Position numbers and translations under genes: made by a program
Shown here: positions 10,706 through 21,898 of the stretch, in pieces
How positions within the stretch are numbered: position 1 is the stretch's first letter
Layout: every line of letters begins with the position of its first letter
Notes under the pieces: generated by a model
Told to the model about the DNA's origin: nothing
Databases searched by the model: none
The model's input: only the letters and a program-made list of their open reading frames with translations
Assembly: GCA_022340285.1 (NCBI GenBank)
Contig: JAJDOG010000010.1
Span: 11,624 to 75,623, forward strand
DNA: 64,000 nt
Origin: Betaproteobacteria bacterium
GTDB taxonomy: Bacteria > Pseudomonadota > Gammaproteobacteria > Burkholderiales > SG8-39
Direction of reading: 5' to 3'

Positions 10706-12493
10706 ATGAACATACCCAAAGGTGAGAACCCGGTCGCGATCGCGATCTCCGCTGCCCTCGTGGACGGCTTCGACAAGCACTACCGACTCTTCCGGGAATG
10801 CAGCGTGGCAGCCAAGGCGCGATTCGAGGCCGCCGACTGGCTCGGCCAGCAGCGGGCGGTTCGCGAGCGCATTGCCTTCTACGACCAGCGAGTGCGCGAA
10901 ACCGTCGAGCTCCTGAAGAACGATTTCCAGGCGGATCTTCTCGATGAGAATACCTGGCACCAGGCGAAACTGCTCTATATCGGCCTGCTGACCAATCACC
11001 GGCAACCCGAGTTGGCGGAGACGTTCTTCAACTCGGTTTTCTGCAAGATCATGCACCGGACGTACTTCCACAACGACTTCATCTTCTTTCGTCCGGCGGT
11101 CTCGACGGAGTACCTCGAGTCGGATCCGCCCGCGTATCGCACCTACTATCCGTTGCGGGACGGGTGGCGCGAAGCGCTTGCCCGGGTCGTCCTCGACTTC
11201 GGCTGGAAGTGCGACTTTGCGGATCTCGCCCGCGACGTCGGATACGTGGCCGAGGAGATCGCCAGGCATCTGGGTGATGCCGATCCGCACCCGAATTGCC
11301 ACATTCGCGTCTTGCACGCGGCGTTCTACCGGAACAAGGCGGCTTACGTCTGTGCCATGCTCGTGAACGGGGATCAAGAGCACGCCTTCGTCGTCCCGGT
11401 CCTGCACGAAGATGGCGGCCGGCTGTATCTGGACGCGGTGCTGCTCGATCCGCGCGATATCCGGACGGTATTCAGCCTCAACCGGGCCTACGTCATGGTC
11501 GACATGGAGGTCCCCTCCGCCTACGTTCGGTTCTTGCGCGCGATGATGCCCAGAAAGCCCGAAGCCGAGCTCTACACGATGCTCGGCCTGGGCAAGCAGG
11601 GCAAGACGATGTTCTACCGCGAGCTCGCTCACCATCTGCGCCATTCCGAGGACGAGTTCGTCGTCGCGCCTGGAATTCCGGGCCTCGTCATGCTGGTCTT
11701 CACGCTGCCGTCGTTTCCGTACGTGTTCAAGGCCATCCGCGACGAGATCGCTCCGCCAAAGGACACGGACCGCGAGGCCGTGAAGGCCAAGTACTTGCTG
11801 GTGAAGCAACACGACCGGGTGGGCCGGATGGCCGATACCCTGGAGTTCTCTGACGTGGCGCTGCCGAAAGCGCGGCTCAGCGAGGCGTTGCTCGCCGAGC
11901 TGCGGCGCACCTGCCCGTCGATCCTCGAGGAAGACGCGACGGAGGTCGTCATCCGGCACCTCTACATCGAGCGCCGCATGACGCCGCTCAACATCTATCT
12001 CGATCGGGCGACCGACGAGCAGATCGAGCACGTCGTGCGGGACTACGGGCTCGCGATCCGCGAGCTGGCGTTCGCGAACATATTCCCCGGCGACATGCTG
12101 ATGAAGAACTTCGGCGTGACGCGTATCGGTCGCGTGGTCTTCTACGACTACGACGAGATCGAGTACCTCGCGAACTGCAATTTTCGGCGGATCCCGGAGG
12201 CGCCGAATCCGGAGCTCGAGATGTCCGGCGAGGTCTGGTATCCCATCGCGCGGAACGACGTGTTTCCCGAGGAGTTCGCGACGTTCCTGCTGGGCAACCC
12301 GAAGGTCCGGGCCGCATTCATGCGCTATCACGCGGATCTGCTCGAGCCAGAATTTTGGCAGGCGACGCAGCGCAAGACCGCGACCGGACACGTCGAGGAT
12401 TTTTTTCCCTATCCGGACGACGTGCGGTTCTGCAACCGACCTGGCCGCGAAGCCGCGCCGGCACGGGTGCGCCGTGCGGTCTCGGCAGCCTAG
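10706..12493 (+). CDS. aceK: Isocitrate dehydrogenase kinase/phosphatase
   Basis: ELAETFFNSV, APGIPGLVMLVF, HDRVGRMADT, IFPGDML.KNFG, VVFYDYDEI; divergent from icd. Confidence 0.95.
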   Translation: MNIPKGENPVAIAISAALVDGFDKHYRLFRECSVAAKARFEAADWLGQQRAVRERIAFYDQRVRETVELLKNDFQADLLDENTWHQAKLLYIGLLTNHRQPELAETFFNSVFCKIMHRTYFHNDFIFFRPAVSTEYLESDPPAYRTYYPLRDGWREALARVVLDFGWKCDFADLARDVGYVAEEIARHLGDADPHPNCHIRVLHAAFYRNKAAYVCAMLVNGDQEHAFVVPVLHEDGGRLYLDAVLLDPRDIRTVFSLNRAYVMVDMEVPSAYVRFLRAMMPRKPEAELYTMLGLGKQGKTMFYRELAHHLRHSEDEFVVAPGIPGLVMLVFTLPSFPYVFKAIRDEIAPPKDTDREAVKAKYLLVKQHDRVGRMADTLEFSDVALPKARLSEALLAELRRTCPSILEEDATEVVIRHLYIERRMTPLNIYLDRATDEQIEHVVRDYGLAIRELAFANIFPGDMLMKNFGVTRIGRVVFYDYDEIEYLANCNFRRIPEAPNPELEMSGEVWYPIARNDVFPEEFATFLLGNPKVRAAFMRYHADLLEPEFWQATQRKTATGHVEDFFPYPDDVRFCNRPGREAAPARVRRAVSAA

Positions 12494-12511
12494 GATTCGA
12501 GTGTGCGAAGC

Positions 12512-13000
12512 ATGCAGGACGTGAAGATATTCAAGCCCATTCTTGCACTACGAGTTGAACGCGTACTCGTCGGCCTTGCCGCAACCGTCGCGGTCCTGGC
12601 CGCGGCGTTCGCTGTGCGTGCCGGCGAATCCGCGATCGCGCTGAATGCGGGGCTCTATGTCATCCAAGCGGAAGTGGTGGACGCTCCGGAGACGCGCGCC
12701 CGCGGGCTGATGTATCGCAGGTCGATGCCTGCCAACCATGGAATGCTGTTCGTTTTTTCCTATCCAGAGCGGCAGTGCTTCTGGATGAAGAACACGCTCA
12801 TTCCGCTGTCGATCGCGTTTCTCGACGACCGGGGCGTGATCGTGAACATCGCGGACATGCAGCCCCAGACCGAGGACGAACATTGCTCGGCGCAGCCGGT
12901 GCGTTATGCGCTCGAAATGAACCAGGGCTGGTTCGCTACCCGGAACATCCGGCCGGGCTTCAAGATTTCCGGGTTGAACAAGGCGCCGCGGTCGCAATAG
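12512..13000 (+). CDS. DUF192 family exported protein
   Basis: RARGLMYR, GMLFVF, FWMKNTLIPLSIAF, YALEMNQGWF motifs. Confidence 0.9.
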   Translation: MQDVKIFKPILALRVERVLVGLAATVAVLAAAFAVRAGESAIALNAGLYVIQAEVVDAPETRARGLMYRRSMPANHGMLFVFSYPERQCFWMKNTLIPLSIAFLDDRGVIVNIADMQPQTEDEHCSAQPVRYALEMNQGWFATRNIRPGFKISGLNKAPRSQ

Positions 13001-13017
13001 CGTCGATTCAAGACGAC

Positions 13018-13045
13018 AAAAAAGGGGCCCGATCGAGCCCCTTTT
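13018..13045. terminator. Bidirectional terminator
   Basis: AAAAAAGGGGC...GCCCCTTTT between convergent genes. Confidence 0.75.
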
Positions 13046-13066
13046 CGCTGAGCGGAGTTCCCGCGC

Positions 13067-13663
13067 TCAGAGACCGGCGTTCTGCTGCGCCACCATGCAG
13101 AAGAGCATCGGGATCGAGAGCAGGGTATTGATGCGCGAAGCCTGGCCCGCCAGCTTCGCGGCTTTCGGCTTCTCTTCCGCGCTCGCCTCGACGAAGCCGA
13201 GGACCTTCTTCTGGTTCGGCCAGATGATGAACCAGACGTTGGCGGCCATGATGAGCCCGAGCCACATGCCGATGCCGATCGCGTGGAACGGTGCCTGGAG
13301 CAGGAGTGCCTTGCCGATGTAGCCGTTCATCGTTCCCAGAATCAATCCGGTGATCACCGTCGACAGCGCAGCCCAGCGGAACCAGAAGAGCGCTGACGGC
13401 GCAATCACCTTGGTGATGGCCGGCTTATGCTCGTCGGGAATCTTCGGCATCCCCGGCGTCTGAACGAAGTTGAAGTACCAGAGCAGTCCGATCCACATCA
13501 CGCCCGAAAGGACGTGGAGGTAACGGAAGAAGAATGCCCACCAAGCGTGTTCCCCAAGGCCGATCCAGGTCTTGGTGATCGCGCCAACCAGGATGATGAT
13601 CACGATCAGCAGCACAACACCTGCGGTGATCGTGCGCCCGAGTGATTGCAGTATCGCTCCCAT
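13067..13663 (-). CDS. Urate_ox_N/PuuD-family integral membrane protein without cytochrome c domain
   Basis: RYLHVLSGVMWIGLLWYFNFVQ, ALFWFRWAA, NVWFIIWPNQKK, SRINTLLSIPML; no CxxCH. Confidence 0.75.
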   Translation of the reverse strand: MGAILQSLGRTITAGVVLLIVIIILVGAITKTWIGLGEHAWWAFFFRYLHVLSGVMWIGLLWYFNFVQTPGMPKIPDEHKPAITKVIAPSALFWFRWAALSTVITGLILGTMNGYIGKALLLQAPFHAIGIGMWLGLIMAANVWFIIWPNQKKVLGFVEASAEEKPKAAKLAGQASRINTLLSIPMLFCMVAQQNAGL

Positions 13664-13793
13664 CTTGTCGCCTCCTTGCGTCGCCTAGTTTCTCGCGGTC
13701 TTCAGGCCGCGTCCTGATCTTCCCCGTATGGGGATTTGTAAGGCGGAAGAAGTCTAGCACACTGCTTCGTTGCGTTCGAAGCCGCGCGCCCGT

Positions 13794-15158
13794 TCAGGTC
13801 TTGTCTTCGACGCGGACCTGCGCCATGCCACGCGCGAACGTGAGATCGAGGCGGTCGCCGCGCGCAACCGCGGCGCTGTCGCGAACCGCATGTCCCTCGC
13901 GATCCCGGACGATGCTGTAGCCGCGCTCGAGCACGGCGATCGGATCCAGGGCTGCCAGGCTGCGCTCGAGGGCGCGCAGGCGCGCTTCGCGGTCCGCCAT
14001 GCACTGCCCGGACGCCGCTTGCAGCCTTCGCGCGAGATCGACGGTGTGCTCGCTGAGGGGCTCTAGGCGCGGGATGCAGCGGTGGCTGCGCTCGACGAGA
14101 CCCGCGAGACGCCAGCGCTCGCGCTCGAAGGCTCGGGCCGCGGCCTGGCGGACTCTGGCAACGAGCTGACCGAACACGGCCGCCTGAGCCTGGAGGCGCC
14201 GCGCAGGGTGCACGAGCCGGCGCGCGAGATGATCGAGGAGCTGCATCCGCGTTTCCAGATCACGCGTCATCCTGCGGTGCAGGAGTTCGCGCAGGTCGCT
14301 GATTCTCGAAAGCAAATCGGCGCGTGATGGGCTGGCGAATTCGGCCGCAGCAGTGGGCGTCGGCGCGCGGCGATCGGCGGCGAAATCCGCGATCGTGAAG
14401 TCGGTCTCGTGCCCGACGCCGACCACGACCGGGACCGGGCAGGCCCGGATGGAACGCGCGACGCGCTCGTCGTTGAACGACCACAGATCCTCGATGCTGC
14501 CGCCGCCCCGACACAGGATGAGCACGTCGCATTCGGCGCGCCGGCCCGCGCGCTCGAGCGCGGCCACGACCTCCAGGGCGGCTCCCTCGCCCTGGACTGC
14601 CGTGGGGTACACGATGACGGGGACGGACGAATTTCGGCGCGCAAGCGTGGTCAACACGTCTCGCAACGCAGCAGCGCGCAAGGACGTCACGATCCCGATG
14701 GCTCGCGGATAAGCCGGCAAGGGACGCTTGATCGCCTCATCGAAGAGCCCTTCGGCGGCGAGGCGGTCTTTCAGACGCAGAAATGCCTCGTGGAGCGCGC
14801 CCAGGCCGGCACGCCGCATGAACTCGACGTTCAGCTGGAAGTCGCCCCGCGGTTCGTACAGCGTCACGACCGCCCGGACCTCGATCTGCATCCCTTCGCG
14901 AGGCGTCCAGTCGAGGTACTGCCCGCGGTGGCGGAAGAGGACGCAGCGCACCTGCGCGCGCTCGTCCTTCAGCGAGAAGTACGTGTGTCCCGATTTTGCG
15001 AGGGTCAGATTCGAGACCTCGCCGCCGACCCAGACAAGCGGGAAGCGGGTCTCCAGGAGATCGCGAACACTGCGGTTGAGACTCGAGACGCTCAGAACCG
15101 CATCGCCGGACGACGCGAAATCCCGCGCCAGATCTGCGTTTGCGGGCATTTCGATCAT
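13794..15158 (-). CDS. xseA: Exodeoxyribonuclease VII large subunit
   Basis: SGHTYFSLKD, RGGGSIEDLWSFNDE, VGHETDFTIADF, PTPTAAAE. Confidence 0.96.
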   Translation of the reverse strand: MIEMPANADLARDFASSGDAVLSVSSLNRSVRDLLETRFPLVWVGGEVSNLTLAKSGHTYFSLKDERAQVRCVLFRHRGQYLDWTPREGMQIEVRAVVTLYEPRGDFQLNVEFMRRAGLGALHEAFLRLKDRLAAEGLFDEAIKRPLPAYPRAIGIVTSLRAAALRDVLTTLARRNSSVPVIVYPTAVQGEGAALEVVAALERAGRRAECDVLILCRGGGSIEDLWSFNDERVARSIRACPVPVVVGVGHETDFTIADFAADRRAPTPTAAAEFASPSRADLLSRISDLRELLHRRMTRDLETRMQLLDHLARRLVHPARRLQAQAAVFGQLVARVRQAAARAFERERWRLAGLVERSHRCIPRLEPLSEHTVDLARRLQAASGQCMADREARLRALERSLAALDPIAVLERGYSIVRDREGHAVRDSAAVARGDRLDLTFARGMAQVRVEDKT

Positions 15159-15341
15159 TCTAAGCTATCCACATGGACGCACCGCGCGCCGCGATGCCAA
15201 AGGCATGCGAAGCCGAACGTGCGCTTCCCTCGGAGATGAGCGCCAACGTATTGAATAAGCAATGAAAAGTACCGCGCGTAATTCTTCGGCAACAAACCAA
15301 AAATCCTTGCGCATACTTCACTTAGCGATGCTGCTGACAGA

Positions 15342-15376
15342 CTATGCACAGCATTATCCACAGGAATTGTGGATAA
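15342..15376. promoter_or_regulatory. DnaA-box cluster
   Basis: CTATGCACA (15342-50), TTATCCACA (15354-62) and inverted TGTGGATAA (15368-76); a further CTATCCACA at 15165-73. Confidence 0.65.
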
Positions 15377-15529
15377 GGCGGGCGCGCCGAGGCATGCAGC
15401 TGTCATCAGCGCGCGCGTGGATGCGACCCTGCATGCGACGCGCGCCTTCGCGCGCTTTGCGAACGCTTCTTGCCGAAAGCGGGTCGCGTCGCTAAAGTCC
15501 GAAGCTTTGCCAAAACGGAACCGCGCCGA

Positions 15530-16135
15530 GTGTTTGCAATCATCGAAGCTGCAGGTTGGCCGATCTGGGCGCTGCTTGTCGCGTCGGTGATCGCCGTCGC
15601 GCTGATCATCGAGCGACTCATCGTGCTGCGCCGGGAGAAGATCGTCCCCAGGGCGCTGCTCGGACAGGTGATCGATGCCTATCGCAAGCAGGGAGTGACC
15701 GCCCAGCTCCTGGAGAATCTCTATCAAGACTCGCCCCTAGGGCGCGTGCTGGCGGCCGGGCTTCGCAACCACAAGGCGCCGCGGCCGGTGATGAAGGAGG
15801 CGATCGAGGACGAGGGACGTGGCGTGGCGCACGAGCTCGATCGGTTCCTCACCACGCTCGGGACGATCGCCACGATCAGTCCGCTGATGGGGCTGTTCGG
15901 CACCGTGGTCGGGATGATCGAGATTTTCGGGTCGCAGAACCCGACCGGAAGCAATCCCGCGCAGCTCGCGCACGGCATTTCGGTCGCGCTCTACAACACC
16001 GGGTTCGGATTGCTCATCGCGATTCCCGCGATGATCTTCTTCCGCTATTTCCGCGGCAAGGTCGAGGGGTTCGTCGTCGACATGGAGCAGCAGGCGTCGC
16101 GGCTCGTCGACATCGTTCACGGCGACCGGGCCTGA
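15530..16135 (+). CDS. MotA/TolQ/ExbB proton channel family protein
   Basis: LGTIATISPLMGLFGTVVGMI, GISVALYNTGFGL.IAIP; GTG start chosen. Confidence 0.92.
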   Translation: MFAIIEAAGWPIWALLVASVIAVALIIERLIVLRREKIVPRALLGQVIDAYRKQGVTAQLLENLYQDSPLGRVLAAGLRNHKAPRPVMKEAIEDEGRGVAHELDRFLTTLGTIATISPLMGLFGTVVGMIEIFGSQNPTGSNPAQLAHGISVALYNTGFGLLIAIPAMIFFRYFRGKVEGFVVDMEQQASRLVDIVHGDRA

Positions 16136-16150
16136 CGGGACGCAATCCCG

Positions 16151-16567
16151 ATGAATTTCCGCATCACGGTCAAGGAGGATCTGGAGATCAACCTGATCCC
16201 GATGATCGACGTGCTGCTCGTGATCCTGATCTTTCTCATGGTCACCACGACGTACAGCAAGTTCGCCGAGCTGCAGATCAACCTGCCGAGCGCGCAGGCC
16301 GAGAAGCAGCCCGAGCGGCCCAGCGAGATCAACGTGACGGTGAGCGCCTCGGGGGAGTACACGATCGACCGCAAGCCCGTGGTGTTCGGTGACGTCAACT
16401 CGTTCGCGCAAGCCATGCGCTCGGCCGGAGCAGGGCTGAAGGATCCGGTGATCGTCATCAATGCCGATGCCAACGCATCGCACCAGTCCGTGATCAAGGT
16501 GATGGAAGCGGCGCGCGCCGCGGGGTACGCGCAAGTGTCGTTCGCGGTCGACGCCGCGGCGCGGTAG
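16151..16567 (+). CDS. ExbD/TolR family protein
   Basis: EINLIPMIDVLLVILIFLMV, INADA. Confidence 0.92.
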   Translation: MNFRITVKEDLEINLIPMIDVLLVILIFLMVTTTYSKFAELQINLPSAQAEKQPERPSEINVTVSASGEYTIDRKPVVFGDVNSFAQAMRSAGAGLKDPVIVINADANASHQSVIKVMEAARAAGYAQVSFAVDAAAR

Positions 16568-16651
16568 TAAAACGGTGTAGGAGGGGACCCGAGGAAGGGC
16601 GAGCGCTTCTTCCGCTTCCCAGCCTGGCCCTTCTGCAAATCCCCTATTGGA

Positions 16652-17635
16652 TTGCGCGTGGCCTTTCCCGAGCGGCACTGGTATCGGTTCTCGTGGGTCT
16701 CGGCGATCCTCACGCCGGCGGCCGTTGCGTTCGGGGCAATCGTGCAGTTGCGCCGCGCCGCATACCGGCTCGGCATCTTCCGGACTACTCGGGTCGGCGC
16801 TCCGGTCGTCGTCGTCGGAAATCTGGTCGCCGGCGGTACGGGCAAGACGCCGCTCGTGCTCTGGCTCGCTGCCGAGCTGGCGCGGCGCGGGTGGCGGCCG
16901 GGAATCGTGTCCAGAGGCCATGGCGCAGGCGCATCGCACCCGCGTCCGGTTCCGGTGGGCGGCGATCCGCTCCGCTACGGCGACGAGCCGCTCTTGCACG
17001 CCCAGCGCAGCGGTTGCCCGGTGTGGGTAGGACGCGATCGCGCGGCTGCGGCTGCAGCGCTCCTCCTCGCGCACCCGGAATGCGACGTGATCATCTGCGA
17101 CGATGGTCTGCAGCACTATGCGCTCGCCCGGGATTTCGAGATTGCTGTTCGCGACGAGCGCGGCTCGGGCAACGGACTGCTTCTCCCCGCCGGGCCGTTG
17201 CGGGAGCCGCTCTCCCGGCCGGTCGACGCATGGATCGTGAACGGTGCGGAAGCGAATCAGAGCGAGTTTGCCATGCGGCTTGTTGCCGCGGGCTTCCGGC
17301 GCGTCGCGCCGGCGGACGGGGAAGTGCCGCAAGCGCAGCTCGCAGGCAAGCGGCTGGATGCCGTCGCCGGGATCGGTAATCCCCGGCGCTTCTTCGCGCT
17401 GCTCGAGGGCCTGGGGCTCAAGCCGCGGACGCACGCCTTTCCCGATCACCATCCGTTCCGGCCCGAGGAGCTGGCGTTCCCCGATTGCGACTTCGTGCTG
17501 ATGACCGAGAAGGATGCAGTAAAATGCCGCGCATTCGATAACGACCGGCTGCTCGCGCTGCGCGTGAATGCGGAAGTGGACGCGCGGCTCGCCGATCTAG
17601 TGGAGCGCAGAATCCGTGGACACTCGCCTGCTTGA
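16652..17635 (+). CDS. lpxK: Tetraacyldisaccharide 4'-kinase
   Basis: [42 protein letters not shown]. Confidence 0.96.
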   Translation: MRVAFPERHWYRFSWVSAILTPAAVAFGAIVQLRRAAYRLGIFRTTRVGAPVVVVGNLVAGGTGKTPLVLWLAAELARRGWRPGIVSRGHGAGASHPRPVPVGGDPLRYGDEPLLHAQRSGCPVWVGRDRAAAAAALLLAHPECDVIICDDGLQHYALARDFEIAVRDERGSGNGLLLPAGPLREPLSRPVDAWIVNGAEANQSEFAMRLVAAGFRRVAPADGEVPQAQLAGKRLDAVAGIGNPRRFFALLEGLGLKPRTHAFPDHHPFRPEELAFPDCDFVLMTEKDAVKCRAFDNDRLLALRVNAEVDARLADLVERRIRGHSPA

Positions 17636-17798
17636 CATTCTCGTGTGCCCGATCTGCAAGGGCCCGCTCCTGTACCGCAAGGCGGAGCAGGAGCTCATCT
17701 GCAAAGCAGATCGGCTCGGTTTTCCGATTCGCGACGGCATCCCGGTGATGCTCGAGGAGGACGCCCGCAAGCTCGATCCCCTGGAAGAGGTCGAGTAG
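17616..17798 (+). CDS. ycaR: Trm112/YcaR family protein
   Basis: [24 protein letters not shown]; lpxK-ycaR-kdsB synteny. Confidence 0.92.
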   Translation: MDTRLLDILVCPICKGPLLYRKAEQELICKADRLGFPIRDGIPVMLEEDARKLDPLEEVE

Positions 17799-17878
17799 CG
17801 GCAACGATTGCCCTTCCACCTCGCGCGGCGCTTCGCTCCGCAGATCATCGCACCGCTTTCCCGGACTTCACCTCGTTC

Positions 17879-18670
17879 ATGGCGGGTCTACTCAGATTCC
17901 AGGTCGTCATCCCCGCGCGGTACGCCTCGAGCCGGCTCCCAGCGAAACCGCTCGCGGACCTCGCGGGCAAGCCGATGGTGGTCCGCGTGGTCGAGCAGGC
18001 CCGGGCAAGCGGGGCGGCGGGCGTCTGGATCGCCACGGACCACGACGCCATCCTGCAGGCTGCGTCGGCGCACGGTTGCGATGCTCTCATGACGCGTGCC
18101 GACCACGCCTCCGGAACCGACCGTTTGGCCGAGGTGGCCGAGCGCCTCGGTTTTCCCGAGGACGAGATCGTCGTGAACGTGCAGGGCGACGAGCCGTTGA
18201 TGCCGCCGGCGCTGATTGGTGAGCTGGCGCACACGCTTGCGAGACGCACCGCCGCATCGATCGCAACCGCCTGTCACCCGATTGCCGATCCGGCGGAAGC
18301 TTTCAATCCAAACGTGGTGAAGGTGGTGACCGATCACGCGGGCTATGCGCTCTACTTCAGCCGGGCGCCGATCCCGTTCGCGCGCGATGCCTGGGCGCCG
18401 CATCTCGGCTCGTCCGCGCCGACGCTGCTTCCAGAGGGGCTGCCGTGCTATCGCCATATCGGGATCTACGCGTATCGGGCAGGATTTCTGCGCGAGTATT
18501 CCAAGCTCGCGTCGGCGGCCGTCGAGCGTTTCGAGGCACTCGAGCAGCTGCGCGCGCTTTGGCACGGCCATCGCATCGCGGTCATCGTGACCGACACCGC
18601 GCCGCCCGCGGGCGTGGACACGCCTGGCGATCTTGAGCGAGTTCGGCAAATCTTTGATGCGTCGATTTGA
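17879..18670 (+). CDS. kdsB: 3-deoxy-manno-octulosonate cytidylyltransferase
   Basis: [50 protein letters not shown]. Confidence 0.96.
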   Translation: MAGLLRFQVVIPARYASSRLPAKPLADLAGKPMVVRVVEQARASGAAGVWIATDHDAILQAASAHGCDALMTRADHASGTDRLAEVAERLGFPEDEIVVNVQGDEPLMPPALIGELAHTLARRTAASIATACHPIADPAEAFNPNVVKVVTDHAGYALYFSRAPIPFARDAWAPHLGSSAPTLLPEGLPCYRHIGIYAYRAGFLREYSKLASAAVERFEALEQLRALWHGHRIAVIVTDTAPPAGVDTPGDLERVRQIFDASI

Positions 18671-18782
18671 CCGGCTTATCCGAAGCGGGTAAGTTCAGCG
18701 GCGCGACGGGATCTGCCTGGGCAACGGTATGGCGCCACGTTGCCGATTCTTTCTGCAGCCCACCTGACAGCGTGCTCAATAG

Positions 18783-19460
<678 letters not shown>

Positions 19461-19594
19461 GGTAGACGACGCGGGCGCACGCAAATGGTGCGGCCCGGTT
19501 GCGCCACGGTATAATCGCCCGTTTCGCACTATCCGGTGTCCGGCCGGGCATGGCGGACGCGGGACCAAGAAAAACCCCGTAGAGGAGGAAATCC

Positions 19595-21667
19595 ATGACA
19601 GCAGGTCTGTGGTTTGCGCTCGCCTGCGCGCTGGTCGCCATCGCGTACGGCTGGATCTCGAGGAACTGGATTCTCGGCCAGCCCGCCGGCAACGAGCGCA
19701 TGCAAGAGATCGCCGCTGCCGTCCAGCAGGGTGCGAAGGCCTATCTCAATCGTCAATACACGACGATCGGCACGGTCGGCGTGATCCTGTTCATCGTGAT
19801 CGGGGTGGTCCCGGGTCTGGGGTGGCCGACTGCGTTCGGCTTCGCCATCGGCGCGATCCTCTCGGGCGCCGCCGGCTTCATCGGCATGAACATCTCGGTG
19901 CGGGCGAACGTCCGCACGGCCGAAGCCGCGCGCAAGGGGCTGAACGAGGCCCTGCAGATCGCATTCCGCGGCGGTGCGATCACCGGCCTGCTCGTCGTCG
20001 GGCTGGGGCTCCTCGGCGTGGCCGGCTATTACGCGATCCTGGTGACGAGCAGTGCGCCGGGCGTCGCGCTGACCGAGGTGCTCAAGCCGCTGGTCGGCCT
20101 GGGCTTCGGGGGCTCCCTGATCTCGATCTTTGCGCGACTCGGCGGCGGAATCTTCACCAAGGGCGCGGACGTCGGCGCCGACCTCGTCGGCAAGGTCGAG
20201 GCGGGCATCCCGGAGGACGACCCGCGCAACCCTGCGGTGATCGCGGACAACGTTGGCGACAACGTCGGCGATTGCGCAGGCATGGCCGCCGACCTGTTCG
20301 AGACTTATGCGGTGACCATCATTGCCACCATGATTCTGGGTTCGTTGATCGTCAAGACCGCGACGGACGCGGCGGTGATCTACCCGCTCGCGCTCGGCGG
20401 CTTCTCCATCATCGCGTCCATCATCGGTGCGATGGTCGTCAAGGCGACGCCCGGCAAGAAGATCATGAGCGGGCTCTACCGCGGCCTGATCGTCGCCGGC
20501 GGCCTCGCCGCAATCGCGTTCATCCCGATCACCTACTGGATCATGGGCGACGTACTGAAGACCGTGCCGTTCGATTTCGCGGGCGGGCGCCATTTCATAA
20601 CCGTCTGGCATCTCTGGGGCAGCGCACTGGTCGGCCTGGTGCTGACGGCGCTGATGGTGGTGATCACGGAGTACTATACCGCCACCGAATTCAAGCCGGT
20701 GCAGCACGTGGCTGCGGCGTCGCAAACGGGTCACGCGACCAACATCATCGCGGGCCTCGGCGTTTCGATGAAGTCCACGGCATGGCCGGTGCTCGCGGTC
20801 TGCGGCGCGATCCTGCTTTCATACACGCTCGCCGGCCTGTACGGCATCGCGATCGGTGCCACGTCGATGCTGTCGATGGCGGGAATCATCGTGGCGCTCG
20901 ACGCCTACGGTCCGATCACGGATAACGCGGGCGGGATCGCCGAAATGGCCGAGATGCCCCCCGAGGTGCGAGCGATCACTGATCCGCTCGACGCGGTGGG
21001 CAACACCACCAAGGCGGTCACCAAGGGATACGCGATCGGTTCGGCGGGCCTGGCGGCACTGGTGCTGTTCGCCGACTACACGCATGCGCTCGAGCACGCC
21101 GGCCAGGTTCTCGCCTTCGACCTGTCCGACTACCGCGTCATCATCGGCCTGTTCATCGGTGGACTGGTGCCCTACCTGTTCGGCGCGATGGCGATGGAGG
21201 CGGTGGGCCGCGCGGCAGGTGCCGTCGTCGTCGAAGTGCGCAGGCAGTTTAAAGAGATCCCCGGCATCATGGAAGGAACGGCAAAGCCGGAGTACGGCGT
21301 CGCGGTGGACATGCTGACGCGCGCGGCGATCAAGGAGATGCTCGTGCCGTCGCTCCTCCCCGTGCTCGTGCCGATCCTGGTCGGGTTCATCCTCGGACCG
21401 CAGGCGCTCGGCGGCGTGCTGATGGGCACCATCGTGACGGGACTCTTTGTCGCGATCTCGATGTGTACCGGTGGCGGGGCGTGGGACAATGCCAAGAAGT
21501 ACATCGAGGACGGCAAGTTCGGCGGCAAGGGTTCCGATGCCCACAAGGCTGCGGTCACGGGCGACACGGTTGGCGATCCTTACAAGGACACCGCCGGTCC
21601 GGCAGTCAATCCGCTGATCAAGATTATCAACATCGTTGCCTTGCTAATTGTTCCGTTGATCGTCTGA
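19595..21667 (+). CDS. hppA: Membrane-bound H+-translocating pyrophosphatase, K+-independent type
   Basis: [34 protein letters not shown] (Lys at the K+-dependence position), GDTVGDP.KDT. Confidence 0.93.
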   Translation: MTAGLWFALACALVAIAYGWISRNWILGQPAGNERMQEIAAAVQQGAKAYLNRQYTTIGTVGVILFIVIGVVPGLGWPTAFGFAIGAILSGAAGFIGMNISVRANVRTAEAARKGLNEALQIAFRGGAITGLLVVGLGLLGVAGYYAILVTSSAPGVALTEVLKPLVGLGFGGSLISIFARLGGGIFTKGADVGADLVGKVEAGIPEDDPRNPAVIADNVGDNVGDCAGMAADLFETYAVTIIATMILGSLIVKTATDAAVIYPLALGGFSIIASIIGAMVVKATPGKKIMSGLYRGLIVAGGLAAIAFIPITYWIMGDVLKTVPFDFAGGRHFITVWHLWGSALVGLVLTALMVVITEYYTATEFKPVQHVAAASQTGHATNIIAGLGVSMKSTAWPVLAVCGAILLSYTLAGLYGIAIGATSMLSMAGIIVALDAYGPITDNAGGIAEMAEMPPEVRAITDPLDAVGNTTKAVTKGYAIGSAGLAALVLFADYTHALEHAGQVLAFDLSDYRVIIGLFIGGLVPYLFGAMAMEAVGRAAGAVVVEVRRQFKEIPGIMEGTAKPEYGVAVDMLTRAAIKEMLVPSLLPVLVPILVGFILGPQALGGVLMGTIVTGLFVAISMCTGGGAWDNAKKYIEDGKFGGKGSDAHKAAVTGDTVGDPYKDTAGPAVNPLIKIINIVALLIVPLIV

Positions 21668-21701
21668 GGCTCGCGCCCTTGCAGAGCGCGGCTGGAACGA
21701 A

Positions 21702-21780
21702 ACGAACGGGAGGGAACCGGCTGGTTCCCTCGAAGGAAAAGGCGGTAGGTCACGAACAGGAGGGAACCGGCTGGTTCCCT
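21702..21780. repeat. Two direct copies of a 29-nt palindromic REP-like unit
   Basis: ACGAAC(G/A)GGAGGGAACCGGCTGGTTCCCT at 21702-21730 and 21752-21780; internal stem AGGGAACC/GGTTCCCT. Confidence 0.85.
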
Positions 21781-21852
21781 ACCGTTACCCTCCTTCCCGC
21801 TGGCGGCGACCTCTGGTAAGGACGCAGTAGTAGGATGTCGGCATCTTTCTTT

Positions 21853-21898
21853 CCCCTCCTTTTCAAGGAGGGGTGCCGCCGGAGGCGGCGGGGTGGTT
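21853..21898. repeat. Double-hairpin intergenic element
   Basis: CCCCTCCTT-TTC-AAGGAGGGG then GCCGCC-GGA-GGCGGC then GGGGTGGTT. Confidence 0.55.

Noticed and set aside
15165-15376. Replication origin oriC
   Set aside because: Only four boxes, no clear unwinding-element repeats and none of the usual origin-flanking genes; kept as a regulatory cluster
21702-21780. CRISPR array
   Set aside because: Only two repeats, a 21-nt spacer, no AT-rich leader and no cas genes in the window
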